Below, in pieces: positions 1 to 13,208 of a stretch of DNA of 64,000 bases. The notes below the pieces were generated by a model that did not search any database, was not told where the DNA came from, and was given only the letters and a program-made list of their open reading frames with translations. Each line of letters starts with the position of its first letter. Positions within the stretch are counted from its first letter, which is position 1. The DNA is taken from NCBI GenBank assembly GCA_002633005.1, contig NMRA01000115.1, forward strand, positions 471,176 to 535,175, in the 5' to 3' direction. The stretch is from Phoronis australis (taxonomy: Eukaryota > Animalia > Phoronida). Position numbers and translations under genes: made by a program.

Positions 1-1439
1 ATGGTCATATAATTTTTATTTTCAATTGCGAGCCTAGTTTTTTTATCGTAATCAAAATATATATTTAATAACATCCAGTATTATTTCAGATCAATGACAA
101 ATCAACTGTTAGTCCCAGTAGTATCTACCTCACCAGGACCTAGGCTATGCTTGAAGCTAATAGGCCTACTCTTGATCAACAAATTAAACCAGATGAGACT
201 AATTGCACATGACAGCAACATGCTATGAGCCACCACTGTCGAATATACAGTATCTTCAACTCGTCAACAATACGACCAGATGACCTGGTTCGTGTAGAAA
301 GCATTTTTATCAAGAATTTATTAGAAGAAACGTAACCCTGCATTCATCATGATACCTAAACCGTAACACTACGATCGCCGCAATTTGGTCATGTTTACTT
401 TTCATGTTTCGAGCCTAGTTTTCCGGAAAAAACTTATAACCTTTCGTCAGACAACTCTTTAGTGCATTGACTTGTTCTTTAACTGTATTTTTCTACGTCT
501 TTGGTTAATTATTGACACATTTTTTAAGATTTAATATTCAAGTTGGACTCCAAAGACCGGCCTTTAACTCACGCAATGTAAATTTCCGCTTTGTTTATCG
601 CAGTGAGCCTCGCTTTGGATTTTAATGTCCGCCGCGTACGTGAATAGAGTCTACACTGTATAACAGGCCAGGTCCCCTCAGTCAGAGGGTTCTTCTCTGA
701 GGTCATTCCTCAGTGTATTATTTATTTCAACATGACATGACAGCACCACTATTAGATTCCATTGCGCCTGTCAGTTTATGAAGGACTGAAGCTGCCATAT
801 GAATTTAAGCATCTGAGAGTACGGTCTAAATAATTAACCCGTGCTTGGACGCCGTGACCTTTTTATTACCCAAGTGGTGTGTCTTGGACAAAACTCATGT
901 GGGCGACATCTGAAGTAGAAAGATAAGCAGCAGGGATCATTTTGTCAATTGTCTCCAGCCATTAATGCTTTGAATTCCGGCTTACGCTTTGTGATGGGCA
1001 ACAATTTCTATATGCGACAGCGGTATTTCTGACCGACCTGTTTAATATTAGATTCTCGCTGCTAGAATGTTTCCTGAACCCTGTTCCCAATGCTGTCCAT
1101 TCGCCATGTATCCATCGAAGTCACGCCACTAACCAATCGGACGTAATAATCTCGTCACGTAATATAAACATACTGCATGGCTAGCAGATATTTTCTGTTA
1201 GCTAGACACGTTTCTATAATGTGAGCGTCGGTGGATTTCGATGCAAAATGGCTAAAATGTGTCATGGGCGTGGTGTAATGAGACGACAGATCGCTTAATT
1301 GGGTGTATTGCAATTTATTTATTTCAAAACCCTGGCAAAACACAAGTAATATGGGTAAAATCCCTTCGGTGTATTCAAGCATGCCGGCGTCTACACGATC
1401 ACTACTGAAAGTAAACATTGCCAGTAGAAACTACTAGCT

Positions 1440-3090
1440 GAAAGGTTGCACCAAGTAAACGGGCCATGATCAAAGAGTTGGTATGTTTACAAATTACCAT
1501 TAAAATGCAGCCGGATACATAAATGTCCAGTTGGTACGTACATGTATTGCCGCAAAAGGTACCTGCTCATCCAAAACCTTTACGACAAACAGATGGCGTT
1601 CTCATCAATCACGTGTCCTTTTATCGCTCAAATAAGACTGTCTGCCAGAGAATCTTGACCAAGCACCTTGACCTACATTCTGCTGCTGCTGACTGTAGCC
1701 ACAGGTCACGAGAGTTCATGAACCAGACAGCTGTATGTCCTGATGAGTGGCGAATTTGTGTGGAAAAGAAATCTTTGTGTCCGACATTCCATATTTAAAA
1801 CCCCTTTTGTAATACATGTAACTATTTAAAACATATAATTAAGATGAAAGTGTTCAAATAATCTACGCTGTTGTGATTGCTCGGCCTAAACGCTGGGGTA
1901 AAATATATGTTCAATGAACGTGACCATGGTGAGGCGACATATAAATTGGTCAAATAAACCCATTTTTGCTCTTCAATCGTCTAGTTTTTGAGCGAACTTA
2001 TTGGTCAGTACTTGAACGTTCACCCTATAAACTCCATATAATAAATCATTTCACCATGCCAAAATTAATCCTTTCGGTCAAAAATGCATAAAGAGCTTTG
2101 ATAATTTACTTTTAGCCGTTACATAATTCCCCATGCAGTGTTGACATTAAACATTCTCATTTGTGTCGGGTATTTTTCTGTCAGAAGTTTGTGCCAAACT
2201 AAACCTAAGTGTGTGAGGTGAAATTTATCTTACAATTTACAACCTACAATGTTGCAATCCTTTGGGAAGCATGAGCCTGGTTGCCACCACACCAGATTTT
2301 AAGGTGGCTGACTAAACCGGGCCCGGCCACTTTTCCGCCCGGCGAGATTTTGGCAACTCAACAACCATAATTTTTATTAGGTTGAAATATAACCACTATA
2401 TTTTTTAAATTATGCTTGAATTATACATGGTGATATACATGTTAGGTTTTATTCTCTTGCGATATTTTCTCTTTCATTCAGTGTCTCGTTAGCCACTTAC
2501 AACAGCCCAGCAGACCGGACTGGCCGTGGCACGGCAGCTGATGGTTCACCAAGGAGAAACGTCTGTAATATTTTATGTTCTATCAACACTAAGGCAAAAG
2601 AGAGTGGTTTCAACTTATATAGTATCTGAACCGTGCACTATAAACATGTTGGTGGTCATGATTAATAACAGCTGACAGTATAAACAAAGAGTGAAGCACT
2701 GAGCTCATCATGTCACAACGGCGATGTGACGTCAGCAGCTGTAGAATGTATGTCAAGGTGCTGGGTCAAGATTCAGTTCACACAAGAATGTCACATGACT
2801 GTGAGCAGCGCTACCTGTTAGTAAAGCATCATTTCATCAGGCGCCATCTGCTTGTCGTAAAGGTTTTGGATGACTGGGTACCTTTTGCCGTATTGCCTGG
2901 GAAAACCGGAAAAACACCCCGGGCGGTGTTCTTGCTGGAGACAAAATTTTATAAGGAGGCGTTTTCCATGCTTCATTCCGTATATGGGAAATTTCACTTT
3001 TACTTTCCAATAAGATGTTGACACCGTTTAAAACAACTGAACTCACTCCGACTATATGTGTTTGTTTCCTTACTTGAGCGAGTTCGCAAC
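1440..3090. repeat. Diverged inverted repeat pair (about 1440-1700 vs 2730-3090)
   Basis: caaaaggtacc..catccaaaacctttacgacaa..agatggcg and aatcttgacc.agcaccttgac.tacattc recur in reverse complement. Confidence 0.7.
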
Positions 3091-4889
3091 CTAAAATTTA
3101 ATCCCTGGAAAGAGTAAATTTGAAAGAACGGCCAACCGTAGAAGTTTTGAAAATTCGCAGACGGGTATCAGCCTACCTGAGTATATTATTAAACACCACT
3201 GTGTGCGAGTGGTGTTTGTACATGTAGTTGGGTTGTTACTGGTTCCTATGTTGAATTAACTCGGTATTTTTTGCGCAGCGCAGACGGAAGTCAGGCATGA
3301 ACCTAACCGTCCATTACACTTGATTTATTCAGTATCGCAGTGGGGTCAGAACATATTCTGCACAGTGCAGGAAGGAACTACTCGTATGTTTAAATGTGAT
3401 GCCGGTCAAGGCAAGCTGCGACTACAATTGATTTTCAACGTATTATCTCTCGACTGGAATATAGCAATTTCCTATTTATGGTTACGTAAGACCTTATCGA
3501 CAAGTGTGAAAGCAGAAAACCTGTAGAGTTCGATTGTGGACTTTTTAGAAATTTTTCGCCAATTTGGTTAGGTCACCATGTCTTTTTAGTGAAACTTGGC
3601 AAAATTATAAGGTAATTTATAGCAAAAACAACGGTATTAACAACATGATCAAATTTTATTTGACATAAATGTTTAAGGCGAGATATCAAATATGCTGTTA
3701 GAGTTTTCTAAAAAAATCATTTCTTTTTATTTTTATGCCCAACTTTAAAATTTTTTCATGAAAATCATAAAAGTCATATTTTTGACAACACCTCATGCAA
3801 AAGTGGAACACTCACTGCAAAAGCAATTCTTAACAGCCTTTTTGAGAACATGCGCGCACTGATTCCACTGTGACCCTGCAGCTATGGTGATGACCAGCTA
3901 TTGACCATATTCTATGTATCTCTCACTTCACTCTATGGATGTTACCTGAGCTGTATGTTGGCACTTGTTGTCCTAAATTGTTGTAAATATGATCCTGATG
4001 ATGTCTAATGAAAAAACGAAACGTTGAATTGAACATGAACATTTTTTTATTTGTGCGGCGATCGTCCGGTTTTTGATCTTATTGTGGCCAAAAACTGATT
4101 TAATAATCGAGTAGTTATTGAAGAACACAAAGCACGGCGGAACTTTAATTAGGCAGGCGTAATTAGCGTTATTTACAAAGCACAATTTAGAGACCATTGT
4201 CTTCAAAGTGTGAAGGCTGTTGACGTGTAGTTCAATGTGTGAAATTCACAGCGGAATTTAGTTTGCATTTTGCCGACTTCGTTTTAATGAGAAATACTTG
4301 TTAATCACTCCCCGAGGCTTTCTCTGTTTGTTTTAAAACAATTACATGTATTGCTTGATTACTCTCCAATCGATGCGTCATTTTACATTACAAATAGTTA
4401 TCTACACTGTAGGCTTAATTTGTTTACACTAAAGTTTTCTGTAATTGTACGAAATTTGATCATTCTCTGAAACGCTGTCATTTGGGTATAAATTGGCCGC
4501 CCAGTAGGTAAATACCTAGAGCACAGAGAAGCGCCAAAGGATTCAAAACCGAGTACCTTCCTGCGCGTAAACCTACGCCTGGTTTTTCTTAATCTGAGTA
4601 CTTTTGCTTAATCTAGGCGTAGTTTTACTTTTTAAACGATCGTCTGTTATATGAAGCTCTAAAGTGTTCTTAAACGAGTACGTTTCTGCGTGATGACATA
4701 TGATTATTCTGCGCGTACGTTTAGTTTTTAAACGATCATCGTTCTGTTCTTATTCAACAAACTTCATTAAAGACACCACTAGACTTTTTCTTACCGAGCT
4801 TGATACTGGAACGTTCGTAATTTCAGAACAGTCTCCTTTCTTCTGGGCTGGGTTGCATAAAACTTCAAAATTATCTGCTGGGTTTCTTC

Positions 4890-6037
4890 TTCACATGAAA
4901 ACAGACAAGGCCACTGATCCGATATGTTCATGTAAAGCTGGATATTTACCATAAAGTTGAATTATCTGTACCATGCCATGTGTGGAATTGGCCGTAATTC
5001 AGTGCACTACTTAAGTTAGGCCAACCTTCTGATGAACTTCATATTTTTGTAGTTTCTTTGCATAAAGGTAGTTTGCATTTAATTTTAAACGCAACGTGAT
5101 CACTAAGCTGTGGTATGGTAACAAAAATGACAAGTATGGTGTAGTAGAAAAAAGTGACCATCTACAAAAATAACTAAAATTGTTTTGAAAGCTTCATAAA
5201 TCCAAGTATTGTGTTTGAACAACTACAAAACGAGCTCTCCTTAAGTCTACAGCCGTAGTGTATACTGGAGGTTCTCACCAAAATGTATTTCAACTGTTTA
5301 TTTTTTCGTGACAACAGTTCGAACGAGGATTTGAGTCGAGTCATCTAGTGCCCTCCCAGCATGCGCCAATCGAATCCGACCAATTTTGGTGAGAAGTTCA
5401 GTTGAACGCCAGCTTACGGGTATATGAATAACACAAATGAACATGGGCTACGAAACAGAAGGATGTTCATTATAGGTAGAAATAAATGAAAAATAATAAA
5501 AATGTCCTTAAAAATAACTTTCCGGGGACTATTGCTAGACTAGTGCTGGGATCCAGCAGACGCAGAGACAAAGGCCCCACATGAGTGAAACTCCGGAGTT
5601 AAAGTCAGATAGGCCTACAGTATAGCCACCAAACTGAAAAGTACGTATTTTGAAACAAATATTTTTGTGTTTACTTTCGAGTAATCCAGCAACATTGTTA
5701 AGTTTAGCTGTTCGTGTGTTGTGTGGCCGTCCACACAGTTTGATCCATCGTCTATACACTCGACAACACTTTTCGGTTTAGGGAATGCCCAAAAAATGAC
5801 AGGATATTCTTCTCGAGTTGTATTACGGATGCCAGGACTACACACGCCATATCAACACCGTTTCACCATTCTTTTCGCACAGTTTTTAAGGTATATACTA
5901 AAAATTACCTTTACCGACAACGGCATTGTTTGTTGGGTAAAATGGCGGCTTGGAAACGCAGTCGAAGGTGTGTCAAGAATGCTGCGTTCTGATTGGTTAG
6001 TTAAACCATCAGTCATAATTCTGGCGATAGGTCAATT
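4890..6037 (+). mobile_element. Partial copy of the TIR DNA element at 43441-45505
   Basis: Colinear similarity to 43720-43810 and 44460-45505; ends in the same GCGATAGGTCAATT terminus. Confidence 0.8.
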
Positions 6038-6074
6038 ACTGATTTGGGCAATTCACGAATCTACAAAAACAAGA

Positions 6075-6902
6075 CCATATCCCCCTCCGACCCAGGAAAT
6101 TTTTCTGTTTTTACCTCTAAAAATCAAGCATTTTCCTTGATTCCTCAAGTATTATCCAAGAAAAAAAGGCAAAAAAGAAACGCAGAACGTCAAACAGGAA
6201 ATAATGCAAGTATCAAAATTTCGAACTCACGACCTAGCGATTACAGCGCGCTTGCATAACCACTACGCCACCACGATTTACCTACACACGTCATACTAAA
6301 AGACCTACTTGTTTATGGTCCACAGCGTTTGCGCGCGAAACCTACTTGTTTTTGTAATGCTTCTTACACGTTTTATATTTTGTGGCATCAATTCTTAACA
6401 AATTTGTCGTATTTAAAATAGTCTTCAAATGCCCAAAAGACCAAATCCGTTTTTCGTGTTGGCAATAATGACGGGTTTGCTTTGGAAATCGTCTTAAGAT
6501 AAGGTTTGACAAAGAGAGTATTGCGAGTTTCTGAGTGATTTACTAAGGCTTCGATTAAAATTCACATCTTACCAGCAGCTTCTGTTTTTTCATCGTAACT
6601 CAGGTTCTATTTTCTTTAAAAAATGAAGTAAATTTTCTTCATTGCACAGTGGAGCAGACGACGGAAACAGAGTCGTAGTGCGCAGCGCCACTGCCGGTCG
6701 CCTGGGATATTGCGGGAGAGCCTATACTTAGCCACAGTTCCGTTACGAATGCGTCGTGTTCAGAATTTGACACTTGAAATTGGATTTAAGCCCCCCCTCC
6801 AACACTAAAACTGCACATATTTAAATCTTTTTTCATCCGTATAATTTTAATTACCGGGGTTAATTAATAAACTCAACATTTCCCTACGCTCTTACTGCTT
6901 TA
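6075..6902 (+). mobile_element. Partial copy of the long hAT5-like element (cf. 55131-57554), containing a tRNA/SINE-like segment
   Basis: Colinear with 55230-55636 plus 57075-57490. Minus strand 6217-6273 reads GGTGGCGTAGTGG...GAGTTCGAAA (A/B-box-like). Confidence 0.8.
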
Positions 6903-7563
6903 NNNNNNNNNNNNNNNNNNNNNNNNNNNNNNNNNNNNNNNNNNNNNNNNNNNNNNNNNNNNNNNNNNNNNNNNNNNNNNNNNNNNNNNNNNNNNNNNNN
7001 NNNNNNNNNNNNNNNNNNNNNNNNNNNNNNNNNNNNNNNNNNNNNNNNNNNNNNNNNNNNNNNNNNNNNNNNNNNNNNNNNNNNNNNNNNNNNNNNNNNN
7101 NNNNNNNNNNNNNNNNNNNNNNNNNNNNNNNNNNNNNNNNNNNNNNNNNNNNNNNNNNNNNNNNNNNNNNNNNNNNNNNNNNNNNNNNNNNNNNNNNNNN
7201 NNNNNNNNNNNNNNNNNNNNNNNNNNNNNNNNNNNNNNNNNNNNNNNNNNNNNNNNNNNNNNNNNNNNNNNNNNNNNNNNNNNNNNNNNNNNNNNNNNNN
7301 NNNNNNNNNNNNNNNNNNNNNNNNNNNNNNNNNNNNNNNNNNNNNNNNNNNNNNNNNNNNNNNNNNNNNNNNNNNNNNNNNNNNNNNNNNNNNNNNNNNN
7401 NNNNNNNNNNNNNNNNNNNNNNNNNNNNNNNNNNNNNNNNNNNNNNNNNNNNNNNNNNNNNNNNNNNNNNNNNNNNNNNNNNNNNNNNNNNNNNNNNNNN
7501 NNNNNNNNNNNNNNNNNNNNNNNNNNNNNNNNNNNNNNNNNNNNNNNNNNNNNNNNNNNNNNN

Positions 7564-7599
<36 letters not shown>
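7564..7599. repeat. (CA)n microsatellite abutting an assembly gap
   Basis: Directly visible. Confidence 0.95.
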
Positions 7600-7603
<4 letters not shown>

Positions 7604-9648
7604 TCATGTACATATACTTATCCCACGTGCACATACATACATAAAGTAGGTTATCCCACAAACACAGGAATACTTCGGCGATATCCTATCGAGAATTCAA
7701 TTCATATGGTGCATGTATGTAATGTCCGAACCAGACAAAAAGGAGGGTTTTGTCACACCGTTCGAGCAAAATACCTCTTGTTGATGTGCAGTCTTTAAAT
7801 GTACACAACATACTGAACTGAAAGTTTCCTTGACCGAGAAATCATGTATCTTGCGGTTAGCAAGACACTCGAGATGTTCTCAGAATTCGTTTGGGATTAG
7901 ACAAAAAGGTGCACATTCGCAATATCAACAAAGCTGTTTTAAAAATTTGTATTATTCTATACTGAATGGGGTGCATTTTGTAGCGAAACATGCGAGTGCG
8001 AGGAAACGAGGAAAAACGTGAGGTTAGGTGTTTTGCATAGTAGTGAAACGTTGAGGTTAGTATATACACCGTTAACCGTTTAAATTAATTAATTTAATTA
8101 AAACTGAAAGTCAGAAAATCCGTCTTCAATTCGGTGTCATAAGCTAGAAACCCGTAGTCTGCTCGGGAGCAGACTACATGTAAAAGCCAAAAGGAAATAA
8201 CTAAAATCGTGACCCATTTTCAAAATGTTTTGTTTAGTTCAGTCATGCTTTGCTTGCAATACACGTTGATATCTCGGTTTGTCTTGATTAATTTTACGTT
8301 TTCACGAGGTTCTAGCGTCTAGGGTACACTGCCCTGTTTGGCAGGTGTGGCAAATCGCTATGCTCATGTGCCACATCTCATTTACAAGAAATAGAACTTG
8401 AGTAGTCATAATACAACTAATATTCTGTTGAATAATGGCCTCGTGGCGTTACATCCCACTGTGTTCTGAGGATCGTCTTACGGTCCACTTTTGGGGCCAC
8501 CAGCAGCAGCTAGGGTTTCCTGGAATTCTACCTCAGTCCACTGTGCTCATTAGTGGAGGGAAGGATTGGGGCGCTTTCAGAATAGGGCATGACGTAAGGT
8601 GACCTTTTCCGAGGTTCATTTTAGCAATGTATTAGTTGGGTAAGGTTTACCTAAGCCTTTTTAAAGTTACCTCTTCGAGTACGGGCCATTATGTCTACAC
8701 TCGTGTTTATGTCTATTGATGGCGACTTTATTGATGTCACGGAATATTAGTTAACGCTAAAATAAAATAGCAACAAAGATTCTACGAGAATAGACATTTT
8801 TAAAATCACGCAACATGTTATTTGAAATAAAAATAATATTACATTGTTTGAAAATCAGTAAATGTCGTAAATGCAACCAATACTTTGCGCCTGTGTGCCA
8901 AATTGTGCCGAATCCAATAAAATGTACAATAAGTAAAAAATTTGATATCACGCTCCCACTATGTAAATACCGAATGAAGGTATATAATTATTACCACACA
9001 TTATGGTGCAATTTTGATACTTTTGATATGTGTGATAGTGCATCATGGGTGTTACAGGATTTGTCAAATTCCAAGTGACTGGAGTAAGGTCCGCTGCGTC
9101 CTCGTCCTTAGCCTCAAGATCGGTTCAGACATTCGAGGCTTGATTATGGGAAATGTTATGTTACATCAACTTTGAAGTTTTCTGCACTATAATATAAAAT
9201 GAACACTAACGGTATATTTCTGCAATTTAGATCTAAATTATTGCAAAAAATACGTATTTTGATTGACATTATTGATAAAAAAGAATTGAAAATGAGTACG
9301 CAAACAACTTTTATTCCAAATAATAACCAAAACAATGTCATCTGTTTTATGAATGACAGCAACAACGCCTGTGAAAAAAAATTGTAATTTGCCTTTGTTT
9401 TAATGACGTCAAGGCAGCGGCCCACATTGCGTAAAAGGTATTTCCCAAAACCAAACGGGGACGAGGCTGGGTCCGCTGCATCAGTCGATGAGTTGTCGTC
9501 TCGAACATGTGTTTTCAATTCCTGGTTGAATTTCAAAGAACAATTAGCGTTCATCAAAATGCACATTGAGCATACATGTAACTGACGTATACTAGTTTGA
9601 TTTTGAAATGTTTGTATTTTGGTAGGTTAGCAGTAAACAGGCACTAAA

Positions 9649-12261
9649 ATGACGTGGATACTTGTGATCACGTGTTTCGGGTTAACTACTAGCACGTCAC
9701 TGGCGCAGCCACCATCATTTACTGGAGAGTTTTCGACGTCTTCAACTAGGCTTAGCTCGCCACCTAACACCACTACCCCACCAAATGTGATTGAATGGGA
9801 AATGCTTACTCTTCCACCCCTTGCACTGGGAACGTGTGGTTCTTTAGACGATATATGCTACTGTAATAAAAGTTCGCAGAATCCCAACATGACAGACTGT
9901 GTGGGGCGGAACTGCTTCTGTGATCGAGATTGCACGGAAAATGGTGATTGTTGCGTCGATTACGAAGAACTCCCACCAAAATACCCAGATAGTCTTCAAC
10001 GGCCGTGGATTAAAAGCGTTTTGCGATGTGATTATATACAACAAATATCTAACGACAACATGCTTGTTCACATTGATCGCTGCCCACACAACTATACAGA
10101 TTTAGTCGTCATACGACAGTGTCAAACAAGATTTGGAAGTCAGCTCTTTGATTGGCCTGTTATAGGCAAGCTGTCTGGCTTCTTGTACAGAAACTTTTAT
10201 TGTGGAATCTGCAATGGCGAGTTTGATGTGGAATTTCTTGCTGTCCACGAGCAGTGTTATCCCGACGGTTTACAAGTTTCCAGTAGTACCAATGCATCAG
10301 AGATAGATGATGCTGTTAGGGCTAACCAGCTGGCTGTGGCTCGTAGAAAAGGGATTTCCTGCTTCAATAGGAAGTACGTGACGCAACGGGTACTAAAAAC
10401 ATGTAACCTAAGCGATTCGCAGACTCGCCCAAAGACTCATTCTATAGACTCATGCGCCGCTGACTGGAACAATGAAACAGTGGTGAAACTGTGCAAAAGT
10501 TATACGTCGTTTGTTTCCGTGCATCGAGTAAACGAGTGGATCTCAAACCGAAAACCATACAAAAACGTTTATTGTCTGTTATGCAATGGCCATCCGCTTG
10601 AAACCGCCGACTGTTATATCAGGAGTACTATAGTTTTCAGTGTTATTAATCCACAGACACCACCGATATTACGTGTACCAATTCCGTCACTTCAAAAAGG
10701 GGGAATCACGTATTTCCCCATGTCAGTCCTTTTTGATGTCAATCAAGGAACAGTGCGCACGTCGTCTGATGTTGGTTTTGAGGACTTGGGCAATCGCAAA
10801 ATTGAGGCTGAAGCAAAAACTATGCAATGCCAAGACGGGTCCATGGCCTTGGCGAATACATGTGTCAAGATTTATTGTCCTAAAAACATGATTTTCAAGG
10901 AAATGAAATGTGTTGAGATAACACAAACCACCAAGACCGTTGTGCCGATTTTTTTTGATATTCCAAAGCTCTCTGAAGTGATACGTTTTAATTCGAGCGT
11001 CGTACCTAAACACCGCCATGTTGGCGCGCTCAAAAATCTCACGAAAGAGGACCAGAAAGTTAATGTCAATGAATGCCTTTTTACGGACATTTCTTCGTTT
11101 CGGTTCCACGTTTACGATAACGACACAATACTTTTGGAAACTCTACAGATTTACCTGGAACCGTCGAGCTATGAAAATGTGTCCGTCAATGGAACATATC
11201 AGATTCACGCTTGTTTACCTGTCGACGTTTTTGAAGGCAAAAACATAACCACGTGGAATAACAGAAGCAGAACCATTTTCACGTTCAAGTACGATTCTTC
11301 GCAAACTATGTTGTCATTCGTGGGACAAATCATTTCGGTTACAGCACTATTTGTTCTATTAATCGTGTATTGTAGTGCACCGTCGTTACGTAATACGCCC
11401 GGCAAATGTTTGATGTGTCTCTCACTCTCACTATTTCTCGCCTTGCTTCTGCATCTAATTGGGATAGGTCGTTTGGAGCCTCACAGCTTGTGCTACGCGT
11501 TCGCAGTTCTCATCCATTACTTTTACTTGTCCTCGTTCTTTTGGATGAATATTATGTCGTTCGATATGTTTCGTGTTTTTGCCCAAAGCTTTACCAGTAG
11601 CACGTCCGAAAACGGCCGAAAAAAGTTCTTGTATTATAACACCTATGGTTGGTGCACGCCATTGATTCTTGTGATCACAGCAGTCATTATAGATCAAGTG
11701 TCGGACCCTGAGGATAGTAACTTTAGTCCTCAATATGGAATCAACTTGTGCTTCATCTCGAACAGAAACGCATTATTAGTTTACTTTGTGATCCCGCTCG
11801 GAGCATTAATTTTAGCAAACTTCATATTTTTTGCTCTGACAGCCAGAGGAATTTATCAAGCAATGAAACAAGCGAGCCGTGTGCGAAAAGCTAAGAAAGA
11901 ACGATGTAAGATTTTTCTGTACCTGAAAATATCTGTTATTATGGGTCTTACGTGGGTGTTTGGGTTCCTGTTAACCACAGCTAGTGACATTTCGTGGTTG
12001 ACGTACATGTTTATTGTTCTGAACGCATTCCAAGGATTGTTCATTTGCATTGCGTTTCTGCTTTCGAAGAAAGTTCTGAAAATATGTTGCCAGCGTTTTG
12101 GAAAGAAGTCAGCAACATCAACTTCCAACACCAATAAACAAGGGACATACACGCTGACGACACCACTGACGTCACGTAAAGACTTGAAAAACAATTCGTC
12201 CACTGCTTCTCCAAGCTTAGCTGTGAAAACCAATCAGAATCGGAAAGAAACGTGTATTTAA
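9649..12261 (+). CDS. Family-B (adhesion/Methuselah-like) 7TM GPCR with somatomedin-B-like and Cys-rich ectodomain, 870 aa, single coding exon
   Basis: Signal peptide MTWILVITCFGL; SMB-like CFCDRDCTENGDCCVDY; two YxNxYCxxCNG modules; family-B 7TM motifs LRNTPGK, HYFYLSSFFWM, YGWCTP, PQYGINLCFI, MGLTWVFG, NAFQGLFI; Ser/Thr-rich C-tail. A likely splice acceptor lies just upstream (about 9625). Confidence 0.93.
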   Translation: MTWILVITCFGLTTSTSLAQPPSFTGEFSTSSTRLSSPPNTTTPPNVIEWEMLTLPPLALGTCGSLDDICYCNKSSQNPNMTDCVGRNCFCDRDCTENGDCCVDYEELPPKYPDSLQRPWIKSVLRCDYIQQISNDNMLVHIDRCPHNYTDLVVIRQCQTRFGSQLFDWPVIGKLSGFLYRNFYCGICNGEFDVEFLAVHEQCYPDGLQVSSSTNASEIDDAVRANQLAVARRKGISCFNRKYVTQRVLKTCNLSDSQTRPKTHSIDSCAADWNNETVVKLCKSYTSFVSVHRVNEWISNRKPYKNVYCLLCNGHPLETADCYIRSTIVFSVINPQTPPILRVPIPSLQKGGITYFPMSVLFDVNQGTVRTSSDVGFEDLGNRKIEAEAKTMQCQDGSMALANTCVKIYCPKNMIFKEMKCVEITQTTKTVVPIFFDIPKLSEVIRFNSSVVPKHRHVGALKNLTKEDQKVNVNECLFTDISSFRFHVYDNDTILLETLQIYLEPSSYENVSVNGTYQIHACLPVDVFEGKNITTWNNRSRTIFTFKYDSSQTMLSFVGQIISVTALFVLLIVYCSAPSLRNTPGKCLMCLSLSLFLALLLHLIGIGRLEPHSLCYAFAVLIHYFYLSSFFWMNIMSFDMFRVFAQSFTSSTSENGRKKFLYYNTYGWCTPLILVITAVIIDQVSDPEDSNFSPQYGINLCFISNRNALLVYFVIPLGALILANFIFFALTARGIYQAMKQASRVRKAKKERCKIFLYLKISVIMGLTWVFGFLLTTASDISWLTYMFIVLNAFQGLFICIAFLLSKKVLKICCQRFGKKSATSTSNTNKQGTYTLTTPLTSRKDLKNNSSTASPSLAVKTNQNRKETCI

Positions 12262-13208
12262 TTAAATACCGGTAACTATATGCACTGCATTCTGTCGACT
12301 TTTCTGGAAGAGTGGCACTGTGCATAGATGACGTTTGACAAGCAAAATTCCGAGACTCACCTGGTTTAAGTATTTGTCGTCAACAAATGGACAGGAAAAA
12401 GATAAGGCCTTAGTGTCCTGAGTGAGTTACAGTACACTTGTTGTTGTACCAGCTGCACGACAGCTAGACGTTTTCCAACTTCCAACCAGTGAGAATAACC
12501 GAATGTTATCTTCCAACCAATTGGAATGTCTGGATACTTTTTCCAGATTCACCACCCTCCACAGTGTTACTGTTCGTAGCAATACCCAAGGGTGTACGGT
12601 ACGGTTATGTCAGATTTCAGAGTGAATGCAGTATACAGGGTATGCAGCAGAATAGATAGAACGCGCATTGTCATTTATACTCATAATCTGCTGTTAGATC
12701 GGCCTTCCGTCAAAGAAATAGTACAACTTTTGATTCAGCCCACTTACGGTTACAAAGCATAACTCGGATTGTTTCTTAGTCAGATTGGAAGGGATTTCTG
12801 ACGGTTCATTGTACTTTTTAAAGGCAATTTGTCTAAACCAAACATTTTTTACGAGACGGGCATCAACAGCATTGTGGAGGATAGTGACTCCGACGATTGG
12901 TCTGCTCATTACGCACTGCTTAAGTACTTCTTTTGAGGCTCTCTGTGTATTTCTGCAGCAACTGCCCACTGGAAACTTTAATGTCTAGTAAACTGTTTGA
13001 ATACTAATGTTTAGTTTTTAAACACGTCTTGTAAGGCGTTTAGTATTATATTAGTCCTAAAGTGGTTATAAACACGGTTCTTGTGTCCAAAACAACCCTT
13101 TAGTTCTCAAGTATATTTACGCACCCTAAACGTTATCAAGTGTGGTGTGAAGCAAAAACGAGAGGGTCGTTCTTCCTGAGCCATGGGATCACTTCCTAAC
13201 TGAATGGA

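Noticed and set aside
1735-1760. CTGATGA...CGAA hammerhead core
   Set aside because: No GAAA and no supporting stems.
6217-6273. Functional tRNA gene
   Set aside because: A/B-box-like motifs only, no complete cloverleaf, and embedded in a repeat.
6884-7661. Long ORFs here and at 55987-56967
   Set aside because: Artefacts of N gaps and microsatellite sequence.
9844-12325. Antisense and alternate-frame ORFs over the GPCR (likewise over the chitobiase exons)
   Set aside because: Shadow ORFs with no recognisable motifs.
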